Below are positions 37,597 through 47,275 of a stretch of 64,000 bases of DNA, piece after piece. Both the position numbers and the translations under genes were made by a program. This DNA is from a virus: positions 12,982 to 76,981 of the IMG/VR virus record IMGVR_UViG_3300009081_000012. The stretch is one strand, 5' to 3'. A model generated the notes under the pieces. The model saw only the letters and a program-made list of their open reading frames with translations. It ran no database searches and was not told the origin of the DNA. Every line of letters begins with the position of its first letter. Within the stretch, counting starts at the first letter, position 1.

Positions 37597-38689
37597 ATGG
37601 ACACATATGTTTCATCGGAAGATTTAAATTTTATATTAGAACATGCTGAATTAGAAAACGAAACATGCCATCTAAAACATAGTAAAGAAGATCCAGCAGA
37701 AAACCACGAAGCGGTTGAATATTTATGTCAACATTTAGGAGATAAAAACACGGACGCAGTATACCAAGAAATAAGGGTTCCAGTGTGCCTAGAATGCGCT
37801 GAGGCGCTACTTAATCCAAAATGGATACTGATGTACTGTGTTTTTTGTTTTAGGTCTCAGTGGGTCTACAGACCGTTAGCTAAATATAATTATCCGCCAG
37901 GCAATTTGGTATACTGGCTAGACGTATGCCCGTTTTGTGCTGAAATTGTAAACGAAGCCAAGGAATAGGAGTGAAAGGAACCGTATGGACACTATTAGTA
38001 TGTGGAATGAACTAAAGAATGAAATTGAAACAAATTTGAAAAGTTTAATAGAAGACGAAAACAAAGGAAAAGAGTTAAAGGAAGTATTCACTTTGATGTT
38101 ATCTATGTTGAATACAATTAAAATAAAACAACCGAATAATGAGGTGATTTATGACAGGAAAACGAGTTTGGAAACACAGTGAAGAAAAAATATTAATAGA
38201 TCAATATGATACTAAAACAATAAAAGAACTAATGATTATACTTGGAAAGAGTCAAGAAAGTATTAATTGCAAAATAAAGAGACTTAAATCCGCCGGAAAA
38301 ATAAAAGGCGGGAAAGAAGAAGATACAATAAAAAGAGCATATATACAAAGGGGTGATGGTGATAAGTTAAAGACAAATGTGGATGAATAGGAGGTATTAT
38401 GGCACACGATGGAGACAGAATAATACACGCAGACGAATTCCCTATAGAGGACACCTTATGTAAAGATTGTGAGCACAGAATGTCAAAACTTGTGGTACCC
38501 ATAGATCTTGAAACTTTCGGCATTGAAGAAGACGAATATGATTTGGAAGAGGACGAAGAACTACAGGTTGAAATTCATACTTGTTTAGTACTTGGACAAG
38601 ATATGGACTTTGTTGTAAGAGACTGTAGTCATTATAAATCTATAGAAGACGGTAATGTGTTTTTTATGAGCAATCCGTATCAAGTATAA
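37597..38689 (+). CDS. Four small ORFs (37597-37968 Zn-finger-like; 37985-38182; 38151-38390 Myb/HTH-like; 38399-38689)
   Basis: CxxC clusters; W...EE..L...I.EL...LG.S..SI..K..RL in 38151. Confidence 0.65.
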
Positions 38690-38694
38690 CCTTT

Positions 38695-39441
38695 ATGATT
38701 ATATTAAAAACATCTGATCAGATAAAGAGAATTGGAGATAGTTGTAAAATAGTTAGCAGTGTTTTATCACACTTATACAACATTTCAGAAATAGGCATCT
38801 CTACACACGAGTTAAACAAAGAAGCCGAAGAAATAGTTAAAAAACATAAAGCAACCCCTGTTTTTAACGGTTATAAGGGATTTCCATATTCTATTTGTGC
38901 ATCAATCAATGATTATATTGTTCATGGTTTTCCTAATGATATTAAACTTAAAGATGGAGATGTGTTAAGTATTGATTTTGGCGTTTTATACAAAGGATGG
39001 TGTGGAGATTCTGCATTTACAAAGATTATAGGAAATGCTTCTGAGGATATAAAAACACTGGTTAGAGTGACGGAGGAGTGTTTGTACGCTGGAATAAAGA
39101 AAGCCGTGGCTCGTAGCAGGGTTGGAGATATATCAAACACCATTCAAACACATGCTATGAAATATGGTTTTGGAGTAGTTGAGAAATTTGGTGGTCACGG
39201 TATAGGTAGGAATTTACATGAAGATCCTTTTATCTCAAATGTCGGCGAAAAAAATAAAGGTTATTTGTTAAAACCAGGAGTGGTAATAGCTATAGAACCG
39301 ATGTTAACAGCAGGAAAAGCAGATATAGAAAGAATGAGTAATGGATGGACTATAAAAACAAAAGATGGAAAAGTAGCGGCTCACTTTGAACATACAGTAG
39401 CCATAACAAACGAAGGACCAATAATTTTAACAGGAAGATAA
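38695..39441 (+). CDS. map: Type I methionine aminopeptidase
   Basis: C.S.N..IVHG.P, D.G, GDSA.T, GHGIG..LHE.P, IEPM, AHFEHT. Confidence 0.96.
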   Translation: MIILKTSDQIKRIGDSCKIVSSVLSHLYNISEIGISTHELNKEAEEIVKKHKATPVFNGYKGFPYSICASINDYIVHGFPNDIKLKDGDVLSIDFGVLYKGWCGDSAFTKIIGNASEDIKTLVRVTEECLYAGIKKAVARSRVGDISNTIQTHAMKYGFGVVEKFGGHGIGRNLHEDPFISNVGEKNKGYLLKPGVVIAIEPMLTAGKADIERMSNGWTIKTKDGKVAAHFEHTVAITNEGPIILTGR

Positions 39442-39465
39442 TAGGTAAAGGAGATTAAAAAATTT

Positions 39466-39993
39466 ATGCAAAAAGTTTATGATTTTGTTGAGGAACGTTC
39501 TGAAGAAGATAAGGAATATGAAGAATTTATATTGAAAGCTGTACCAATAGAGTATCAAGCGCCATTTTGGAAAGTAACATATCCATTTTTAAGAAGTAAT
39601 GTGTTTACACAATGGATAACACAATCAAAAGCACAAAGTTGGATGAGGCTATTTAGTTGTACTATCAGAGCAGACATGAACAACAAAATAGCTTCATTTT
39701 TATATAAAAAATATTATTTAGGCAAACACAAAATAGTGGCGAGATTTACTCAAGACGGTTTAGCTCAGTCTCTTGGATATAAAGATAGAAGAGGCGTAAA
39801 TAATCACATAGTTAAACTTGAAAAGGAAGGCGTAATAAAAGTCATACCAGAAAAATGGAATAATAGATATATAAGGGTGTATGATTTTGGAACCTGGTAC
39901 GAAGTCGATAATACAAAAATAGAACGCTTGTATTTTGACTCGGTAATGAGAAAAAATATAGGTGAATCTGTACTAAAAGAGTTAGAAGGATAG
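39466..39993 (+). CDS. Winged-helix DNA-binding protein, possibly a replication initiator
   Basis: TQDGLAQSLG...R.V..HI..LE.EG.I.V HTH pattern. Confidence 0.6.
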   Translation: MQKVYDFVEERSEEDKEYEEFILKAVPIEYQAPFWKVTYPFLRSNVFTQWITQSKAQSWMRLFSCTIRADMNNKIASFLYKKYYLGKHKIVARFTQDGLAQSLGYKDRRGVNNHIVKLEKEGVIKVIPEKWNNRYIRVYDFGTWYEVDNTKIERLYFDSVMRKNIGESVLKELEG

Positions 39994-40009
39994 GTGTCAA
40001 AAATAAGCC

Positions 40010-40054
40010 ATGTCCACAAAATTTGGACATCGATGTCCACAAAATTTGGACATC
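40010..40054. repeat. Tandem pair of a 22-bp palindromic site
   Basis: ATGTCCA-CAAAATT-TGGACAT(C) twice, period 23 bp, followed by an AT-rich tract. Confidence 0.9.
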
Positions 40055-40433
40055 CTATATAATAGAATAGATAACACTAGAGAATAGAAAACAGTATACT
40101 AAAGTATACAGAAATTTCTTTTTTAATAAAATAATAAAGAAAGCTTTAACAGAAAAATTTGGAGTGAGAAAAACGATGGTTAGTGATATTGACATTTATG
40201 TTGCCAAAAGAAAAATGAGACTTAAAAATTCAAACTACTGTTTGAGCTTTATTTCAACCTTATGGAAAGGTGAGGTTGTTATGTGCTCTTTTGACAATTT
40301 ACAGAACAAAATTAGTAGTTTATTTAGTATCCAAACATTTGATGAAGAAAGTTTTTTACAATTAGAAAATGTCATAAAAGAATTTATCGATGAATTGTCA
40401 TATAACAATACACAAAAAAATTAATAAAACTAC

Positions 40434-40461
40434 TTGACATAGAAAATAAAATGATTATATT
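40434..40461 (+). promoter_or_regulatory. sigma70-type promoter
   Basis: TTGACA-N16-TATATT. Confidence 0.75.
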
Positions 40462-40517
40462 TGTATTTATGAACGAGTAGTGTAGTGTGATTCTATAATA
40501 ACAACAGGATAAAATGA

Positions 40518-41708
40518 ATGAAAAAATTTTTTTTACAATTTTATAGAGATGAACCTTATTTATATAGCAATGATATGACTACAAATTTTCTTAATGGTTT
40601 GTCATTTGTATGGAATAAAATAAAGAACGATGGTGAAATGGTTTGGAAGCATGTAGATGATGAAACACCGTTTACCACTGATGGTATCATATATGCGTCT
40701 GTGTGGTATACAAAGAGTTTAAAGCTTATGCATTCATGGGCAAAACAATTTCCAGAGTTAGAGATAAATGTTGGAGGTCCTGCTGTTTTGCATTATGATC
40801 CAACCATAGGTAAAGAGCTTCCAAATTTCCATTTTACACGCGAAAAGGCTGAAGATTTGTTTTGTGATGGAATAGTTTCAGATTGGAATATAGAGGTTCC
40901 AAGTACCACTAAACCGATAGGGTACAGTGTAGCCATAATAGATGGTTATGGTTGTTATTGGGGAAGATGTCGTTATTGTAAAAGAACAAACAATGTTAAA
41001 TATAGAAATATAGACAAAGTTCCAGTAATAAATAATCCAAATATAAAATACATATGGATGCATGCTTACTCTATGTCTCCTAATTTAATAAAGAAACTAT
41101 ATCCAACATTCGAGAACAGAGATGATGTTAATTACGCCACATATATTAGGGGCGACAAAGAAGTGACTAAAGCCTTGGCAGACACTATACCTAAAATGTC
41201 ATTGGATACAAAACATTTAGGTTTTGATGTTGGAATAGAATTTCCGTCTGATAAAATATTACAATATATGGACAAAGGAATAACTGTTAATGAATATTTG
41301 GATTTTATAAAACTAGCTTCCGAAAATAATATAAGACTCCATTTTAATTTTATAGTTGGTTGGAGACATACTGGTGCAGATGATGTAAGAAGTGTGGATT
41401 ATTTTCTAAATAGCTTGTCAAAAATTTCTAAACCAAACACCATATCTGCAAATATATATCCATTGTCAATAGTTCAAGGTAGAAAAATAATGGAAGACTA
41501 TACCACAGACGAATTAGAAGAGATACAAACCATTTTTAATACATTTGTAGGAATGCCAAAATTTAATAAAGAACAAATTGTTTTAGATCAAGAAATTATA
41601 AATTTATACAACTCTTTTCCATTTTTAAAAGTGTATGACTTTGCTACAACACGTGCCAAATGGCGTGAAAACAATAAGAATGAGCGTCTTTTTGTAGGAG
41701 CTATATAA
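40518..41708 (+). CDS. Radical SAM protein (B12-binding class-like)
   Basis: VGGP, GCYWGRCRYC (CxxxCxxC), GIE...D.IL..M.KG. Confidence 0.85.
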   Translation: MKKFFLQFYRDEPYLYSNDMTTNFLNGLSFVWNKIKNDGEMVWKHVDDETPFTTDGIIYASVWYTKSLKLMHSWAKQFPELEINVGGPAVLHYDPTIGKELPNFHFTREKAEDLFCDGIVSDWNIEVPSTTKPIGYSVAIIDGYGCYWGRCRYCKRTNNVKYRNIDKVPVINNPNIKYIWMHAYSMSPNLIKKLYPTFENRDDVNYATYIRGDKEVTKALADTIPKMSLDTKHLGFDVGIEFPSDKILQYMDKGITVNEYLDFIKLASENNIRLHFNFIVGWRHTGADDVRSVDYFLNSLSKISKPNTISANIYPLSIVQGRKIMEDYTTDELEEIQTIFNTFVGMPKFNKEQIVLDQEIINLYNSFPFLKVYDFATTRAKWRENNKNERLFVGAI

Positions 41709-41771
41709 AGCTAACAATATAAATAACAGTATTAACACTAATAACAATAAGAAAAGTAAAAGGAGAATTAA

Positions 41772-42356
41772 ATGAGCGTACCGTATGTTATAGAAAAGGG
41801 AAAGGATAATCAGGAACGTGTTTATGATCTTTATTCGAGAATGCTTAAAGATAGAATTATCTTTATTAGAGGTCATTTTGACGCTGATATGGCTGATGCT
41901 GTAGTTGCACAGCTTTTATTTTTGGAATCCGTTGACAACTCTGCTGATATTTTCATGTATATAAATAGCCCTGGTGGCGAAGTAACTGCCATGTATGCCA
42001 TCTACGATGTTATGACATATATCAAACCTGATGTTGTTACGGTTGGTTTTGGTGTTTGTGCTTCGGCAGGTTCTTTTATTTTAGCTGCCGGCACCAAAGG
42101 TAAAAGACATGCATTACCAAACTGTGAGGTAATGTTGCATGAATTATCCGGAGGTTCTGGTGGTAAATTTAATGATATAAAAGTAGGTTATGAACACACA
42201 GTAAAGATTTATGAAAGAATGATAAACGATTATTCTAAATTTACAGGACAAGAAGTTGAAAAAGTTAAAAAAGATTTAGAAAGAGATTTTTATATGTCTT
42301 CTGAAGAAGCTAAAGCATACGGTTTGATTGATGCTGTGCATATAAATAGAGGTTAG
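41772..42356 (+). CDS. clpP: ClpP protease subunit
   Basis: YDLYSR.LKDRII, QLLFLE, YINSPGG, ASAGS (Ser), MLH, ERD. Confidence 0.96.
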   Translation: MSVPYVIEKGKDNQERVYDLYSRMLKDRIIFIRGHFDADMADAVVAQLLFLESVDNSADIFMYINSPGGEVTAMYAIYDVMTYIKPDVVTVGFGVCASAGSFILAAGTKGKRHALPNCEVMLHELSGGSGGKFNDIKVGYEHTVKIYERMINDYSKFTGQEVEKVKKDLERDFYMSSEEAKAYGLIDAVHINRG

Positions 42357-42967
42357 TGGTGATATATAATAAAAATATTCCTAATAAAAAGAATAGATTA
42401 CTAACACCAAACGGTCCTAGAGATATACAAAGAAGACAGATGCTTGATGCACAGTCTGATATTGTAGAAGGTCTTAAATCGCAAGTAGTTTTATTACAGG
42501 AACAAGTTAACAAAAGTTTATCATCAGTCAATTCTGATGGACGTTATACTGCGGAACAGGTTAATGAGGCTGTTATTAATGCAGTTAAGTCAGAAGTAGA
42601 TGCTTTAAAAGCTAAATACGAATCAACAATAAGAGAATTAACAAATGAAAATAAAATATTAAAAGAAACAAATCTTAGGCTCACTAGTAATGTAGCTGGT
42701 AACAGCAACATAACAGACGAACAGCTACAAAAAATGTTATCTACGGCTGTAGCTCAGCTTACTGAAAATAAAAAAGCCGATGTTGTTGTTGAAAACAGCA
42801 GACCAAAAATAGAAACTGTTTTTATAGATCCTTCAGATCATAAATCTGCTAACGGAGTAGAAACACACATAATTGTTAAAGAGGATTCATCCGCTAAGGA
42901 AAACATGAACAATAAAATTAATAAACTAAAGGGTATTTTAGGGTCGTTACCCAAACAAAAAATATAA
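42356..42967 (+). CDS. Coiled-coil protein, candidate actin adaptor
   Basis: Heptad-rich middle, RP..E.VFIDP, C-terminal amphipathic KINKLKGILG; directly upstream of the actin gene. Confidence 0.6.
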   Translation: MVIYNKNIPNKKNRLLTPNGPRDIQRRQMLDAQSDIVEGLKSQVVLLQEQVNKSLSSVNSDGRYTAEQVNEAVINAVKSEVDALKAKYESTIRELTNENKILKETNLRLTSNVAGNSNITDEQLQKMLSTAVAQLTENKKADVVVENSRPKIETVFIDPSDHKSANGVETHIIVKEDSSAKENMNNKINKLKGILGSLPKQKI

Positions 42968-43017
42968 GGCAATAGGAAGATACTATGGATGCTTTGTGGT
43001 TCAAAGGAGGAACACAA

Positions 43018-44016
43018 ATGGGAAAAAGAATAGGAATCGATATAGGTACAAATATGATTGTAGCTGCTTATGCTGATGAAAATGAAACACCAATATTTAA
43101 AATGCAAAGGGATGCTTTTTATAGAATTATCCCAAAGACTGAGGTTAATAGAAACAGTATAAGAATTTCATTGGATAAAAGAGGCGCCAGTTATATTGTA
43201 GACACCGATGGTTCGTTTATAATTGTAGGCGAGGATGCGCTTGAGATAGCTATAGAAAGAAACGATAAGGCACAAAGACCTATGCAAAGAGGAGTGATTT
43301 CACCAAAGGAAAAAGCTTCTTTACCTATGTTAAAACTCATTATAGAGAATCTTATAGGACTTGGTTCTGAAGGTGATGTGTGTATATATTCAGTTCCAGG
43401 AAAACCGATAGATGCCTCATTTGATATTTCATATCATACAGAAATGATGGGTTTATATCTTAAACAGATGGGCTATAATGCACAGCCCATAAACGAAGCT
43501 TTTGCAATAGCTTTATCAGAACTTTTAGATGATGGTTTAACAGGGGTGTGTATATCATACGGTGCTGGTATGACAAATGTGGTAGTAGTGCATGAAGGAG
43601 ATCCGTTGGTTGAATTTAGTGTCACCAGAGCTGGTGATTTTATAGATTTTTCAGTAGGTAATGCTCTTGATGTATCTCCAAGTTTAGTACAGATGGAGAA
43701 AGAAGCCGGTACGGATTTGTTCAATCCTACTTCTAAAATAATGGAAGCGGTGTCAGTATATTACACGTCTGTGATTAATTACACATTACAGAATATAGCG
43801 TATGAACTAAAACAACGTGAGAAAACACTTCCTATATTTAGAAATCAAGTTCCTATAGTAGTATCGGGCGGATTAACGTTGGCAGAAGGTTTTGTAAAGA
43901 AAGTTGAAGAATCATTATTAAATGTTGAGCTGCCATTTAGGATTAGTAGTGTAAGACGTGCAGCAGAGCCTATGAAAGCTGTGGCTCATGGTTGTCTTCT
44001 TGCAGCAAGTATTTAA
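43018..44016 (+). CDS. Actin-fold ATPase, volactin-like
   Basis: GIDIGT, GEDAL, RPMQRG, INEA.A, S.GAG.TN, KE, VSGG, VA.G; start after AAGGAGG. Confidence 0.88.
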   Translation: MGKRIGIDIGTNMIVAAYADENETPIFKMQRDAFYRIIPKTEVNRNSIRISLDKRGASYIVDTDGSFIIVGEDALEIAIERNDKAQRPMQRGVISPKEKASLPMLKLIIENLIGLGSEGDVCIYSVPGKPIDASFDISYHTEMMGLYLKQMGYNAQPINEAFAIALSELLDDGLTGVCISYGAGMTNVVVVHEGDPLVEFSVTRAGDFIDFSVGNALDVSPSLVQMEKEAGTDLFNPTSKIMEAVSVYYTSVINYTLQNIAYELKQREKTLPIFRNQVPIVVSGGLTLAEGFVKKVEESLLNVELPFRISSVRRAAEPMKAVAHGCLLAASI

Positions 44017-44057
44017 CTAACCTATACAATTATAGAAGTGCTTTTTATGGAGGATTT

Positions 44058-44639
44058 ATGGCAAATTTTACAGAAGCTTACAACATAACAATGAAAAATG
44101 AAGGTGGGTGGGTAAATGATCCTACTGATGTAGGTGGGGAAACATACAAGGGGATTTCTCGTAGATATCATCCTTCTTGGATTGGTTGGAAAATTGTAGA
44201 TGAATATAAAACTAAACCAGACTTTCCAAACACAGCTTATAATGATGATAATTTAAATTCTAAAGTAAAAGAATTCTACAAGTCTACTTTTTGGGATGTG
44301 AATCTTCTAGATGAAGTAGCTTCTCAGAAAATAGCAAATGAGATGTTCGACACAGGCGTTAATATGGGTGTTGGTAGAGCTGGAAAATTTTTACAGCGCG
44401 CACTTAATTTATTAAACAAGAGTGGTACTGTTTATCCTGACATAGTTGAAGATGGTCAGGTAGGACAAAACACACTTAAAGCTTTAAACAGTTATTTAGC
44501 TTATAAGGATGAATCGTTTGTCTATAAACTTATGAATATTTTACAAGGAATGCACTACATAGAATATATGACACAGAGCCCAACACAAGAAAAATTTGCG
44601 TTTGGGTGGTTAGAACGTGTCGAATTCATAAAAAAATAA
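44058..44639 (+). CDS. Endolysin, glycoside hydrolase 108 plus peptidoglycan-binding domain
   Basis: EGG.VN...D.GGET..GI, FD..VN.G, LQ..LN, DG..G..T, GWL.RV. Confidence 0.92.
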   Translation: MANFTEAYNITMKNEGGWVNDPTDVGGETYKGISRRYHPSWIGWKIVDEYKTKPDFPNTAYNDDNLNSKVKEFYKSTFWDVNLLDEVASQKIANEMFDTGVNMGVGRAGKFLQRALNLLNKSGTVYPDIVEDGQVGQNTLKALNSYLAYKDESFVYKLMNILQGMHYIEYMTQSPTQEKFAFGWLERVEFIKK

Positions 44640-44713
44640 ATAGAGGTATTAAATCCAGCAGAACTTAAACAAATAGGCCTTTGTTCTGCGGGCCGTAAAA
44701 AGGAGATTGAAAA

Positions 44714-45502
44714 ATGATGTATAAAAACAATTTTGTAGCAGTAATAAAACATGAAGGTAGAATATTAAGAGAACGTGATGGTGGAAGTGTGTATTTACCG
44801 TTTGGAAGTGAATACTCAATTCTGTTAAAAAACAAAGACTGTAGAAAAGCGTTGGTTGAAATAGAGGTTGATGGTATTAATGTTCTAAATGGTAATAAAC
44901 TTATTCTTGGTGGTAATGAAGAACAAGAAATAAATGGTTTTATGCGTGATATGAATAAAACAAACAGATTTAAATTTATTCATAAAACAAAAGAAATACA
45001 GAATCATAGGGGTGATAGGATAGACGATGGTTTGGTTAGAGTATCTTATCAATTTGAAAGCGTCCAAAAACCGATAATTTATAAAGATCCAAATACATAT
45101 CAGTATCCTTATCCATGGACTTTTACAGCCTATTATAGTGCTCCTAATATAGGAGCCGGTGGTAGTTATAATACCAATTCAATAGCTTGTGGTGATGTGT
45201 ATGGTGGTGTGTATTCTGATTCTGTTTGTGAGTCCAAACTTAACTGCTGTTCTGTACCATGTAAAGATGAAGGGATCACCGTGAAGGGTTCTGAAGTTAA
45301 TAGTAATTATGTTTATGGTCATATTGGAACATTGGATTGTGATATTAACACAATAGTTATTCATTTGAGAGGTATGTCTGGTTCAAAGAAAACTATATCA
45401 AAACCATTAACGGTTAGAACCAAAATTGGATGTTCTACTTGTGGTAGAAAGAACAGATCTTCAAATAAATTTTGTTATAATTGTGGTACATTTTTAAACT
45501 AA
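44714..45502 (+). CDS. Conserved hypothetical protein with a C-terminal Zn ribbon
   Basis: LPFGSEYSI.LKN, C.TCG...KFC..CGT. Confidence 0.75.
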   Translation: MMYKNNFVAVIKHEGRILRERDGGSVYLPFGSEYSILLKNKDCRKALVEIEVDGINVLNGNKLILGGNEEQEINGFMRDMNKTNRFKFIHKTKEIQNHRGDRIDDGLVRVSYQFESVQKPIIYKDPNTYQYPYPWTFTAYYSAPNIGAGGSYNTNSIACGDVYGGVYSDSVCESKLNCCSVPCKDEGITVKGSEVNSNYVYGHIGTLDCDINTIVIHLRGMSGSKKTISKPLTVRTKIGCSTCGRKNRSSNKFCYNCGTFLN

Positions 45503-45518
45503 ACTATACGGTTAAAAT

Positions 45519-45908
45519 ATGCATTTAAAAGAATTGATTTATGAAAAAATAATGTTAGATGAAAAAATAGCCGAATTGGAATCTATTTTACATTATAGTG
45601 CTACTGATGTTATAACCAAAGCATTGTTAGACGCCATAGATTTGAGACAAAACAAATTATTAAGTATACATTCTGTCAACAATAAAAGTAAAATAAATAT
45701 AGGTGACACTAAAGTAGATATCAATACGGCTATAATCATACGAAATACTATACAGCAGAAGATGGATATTTTAACTAATTTAATAAATGATAACAACTGT
45801 GCTTTAGATAAACTTGAATTAATGGCTCAAAGAGATTCATATTACGAACAGGTTGTTCTTTTAAACATTGGTATTTTAAAGAATGATTTATCAATAGAGA
45901 TAGGATAA
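45519..45908 (+). CDS. Coiled-coil hypothetical protein
   Basis: M.LKEL...KI.ELE helical pattern. Confidence 0.65.
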   Translation: MHLKELIYEKIMLDEKIAELESILHYSATDVITKALLDAIDLRQNKLLSIHSVNNKSKINIGDTKVDINTAIIIRNTIQQKMDILTNLINDNNCALDKLELMAQRDSYYEQVVLLNIGILKNDLSIEIG

Positions 45909-45921
45909 GGAGATTATAAAA

Positions 45922-46590
45922 ATGCTTGTAGGCGTGGTAGGTAAGGCCAGATCTGGAAAGGATACTTTTGCTGTAATGTTGGCTGAAGAACTGTATGGTA
46001 TTTTAAGATCAAAATTTATTCTTATGGCCTATGCAACGGATCTTAAGGATAGGGTTCAACAGGATTTTGATTTACATTACGATCAGTTGTGGGGCGATGA
46101 TAAAGAAGTTGAGGATAAAAGATACATTAAAAGCAAAAATAGAAAAGGAATTTTGCCATATTGTGCAGGTAATAGAGACGATGGTAAAGGTTTAGAGGTT
46201 CTTGAAGAAGTACAGTATTGGACAGGCAGGGAAATATTACAGGCATATGGTCAGTTTTTTAGAACAATAGATCATGATTATTGGGTGAAGAGTTTATTTA
46301 GAACTATAGACTATAAAGAATATAAAAATGTTATAATAACAGATATTAGACATCCAAATGAAGCAGATGCTGTTGTAAATAGGGGCGGGTTTTTAATAAA
46401 AATAGTACGTAATGTTGATAATAATATCCATGGCTCAAATCATATTTCAGAAGTAGCCATGGATAATTATGACAAAATGGACTTTGTTTTGACAAATGAT
46501 GGTACAGTAGATGATCTTAGGGTTGTAGCCAAAGATACTGCAAAATTATTGGTTGCTACTCAAAAAATTAAACGAGCTAACGTTAATTAA
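45922..46590 (+). CDS. Deoxynucleoside monophosphate kinase
   Basis: G.ARSGKDT.A, A..LK, RE.LQ..G, W, ITD.R..NE, H.SE, NDGT. Confidence 0.9.
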   Translation: MLVGVVGKARSGKDTFAVMLAEELYGILRSKFILMAYATDLKDRVQQDFDLHYDQLWGDDKEVEDKRYIKSKNRKGILPYCAGNRDDGKGLEVLEEVQYWTGREILQAYGQFFRTIDHDYWVKSLFRTIDYKEYKNVIITDIRHPNEADAVVNRGGFLIKIVRNVDNNIHGSNHISEVAMDNYDKMDFVLTNDGTVDDLRVVAKDTAKLLVATQKIKRANVN

Positions 46591-46610
46591 AAATAGGAGG
46601 AATTATTAAA

Positions 46611-46970
46611 ATGCCTAAAAACAGTTCAAAAGGTTTTAATGTAGCGATTGATCCAGCTAATGTAATGTATACAAACATTAGTACATCGAAAGATGGCTAC
46701 AACTCAGCCAACGTTATTGTCAAAGTTGGAGAAAAAGAATATTTGAGAGTATCGTGTGAGTGGGAAGGAGACAACATTCCAGGTTTTGCAATGGATCTTA
46801 TGGCTTTTATGAAAAGCAATAAAATGGAAAAATCAGGCGTGTGGACCGGTAAAGAAGAAGCTTATGCTGAATTTTCTGCTAAGAAAGCCAAGAAAGAGGA
46901 CAAGAAGAAAGAAGAAATGTGTTCAGAGTGTAATAAACCTATGTCTGAATGTACATGTGATGAAGAATAA
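46611..46970 (+). CDS. Hypothetical protein with a C-terminal Cys cluster
   Basis: AGGAGG SD; CSEC...ECTC. Confidence 0.7.
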   Translation: MPKNSSKGFNVAIDPANVMYTNISTSKDGYNSANVIVKVGEKEYLRVSCEWEGDNIPGFAMDLMAFMKSNKMEKSGVWTGKEEAYAEFSAKKAKKEDKKKEEMCSECNKPMSECTCDEE

Positions 46971-47016
46971 TTGTTGTAAGTTATTCTAAAAACTTGAATA
47001 AAAGGAGGTGCTTATT

Positions 47017-47073
47017 ATGGCCAAAAAGGGTAGTAAAGGTGGTAAAGGCGGTAAAGGTGGTTGTGGTAAATAG
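47017..47073 (+). CDS. 18-aa Lys/Gly micropeptide MAKKGSKGGKGGKGGCGK
   Basis: Perfect AAGGAGGTG SD, manual translation. Confidence 0.6.
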   Translation: MAKKGSKGGKGGKGGCGK

Positions 47074-47077
47074 TTTA

Positions 47078-47105
47078 TTGACAAATAGTATTTAATGATT
47101 ATTAT
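47078..47105 (+). promoter_or_regulatory. sigma70-type promoter
   Basis: TTGACA-N16-TATTAT. Confidence 0.7.
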
Positions 47106-47164
47106 ATATAATACACCGACGTGGTGTTAAGTATTTCATAAATGTTTGCAGGGGGTGACCACAG

Positions 47165-47245
47165 TTGGCCAAAAAGGGCAAAAAGGATAAGAAGGACAAA
47201 GAACCTAAGAAAGAGGAAAAAGACAAAGGTAAGAAAAAGAAGTAA
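47165..47245 (+). CDS. 26-aa Lys-rich micropeptide MAKKGKKDKKDKEPKKEEKDKGKKKK
   Basis: GGGGGTG SD, TTG start, between a promoter and a terminator. Confidence 0.55.
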   Translation: MAKKGKKDKKDKEPKKEEKDKGKKKK

Positions 47246-47275
47246 AAAGTAGTTGTACATTATGTTTGCTATTAA

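Noticed and set aside
39991-40140. Stop-codon reassignment or readthrough extending the wHTH gene through the repeats
   Set aside because: In-frame TAA and TAG stops follow quickly, and conserved genes across the window are intact under code 11 and end in all three stop codons.
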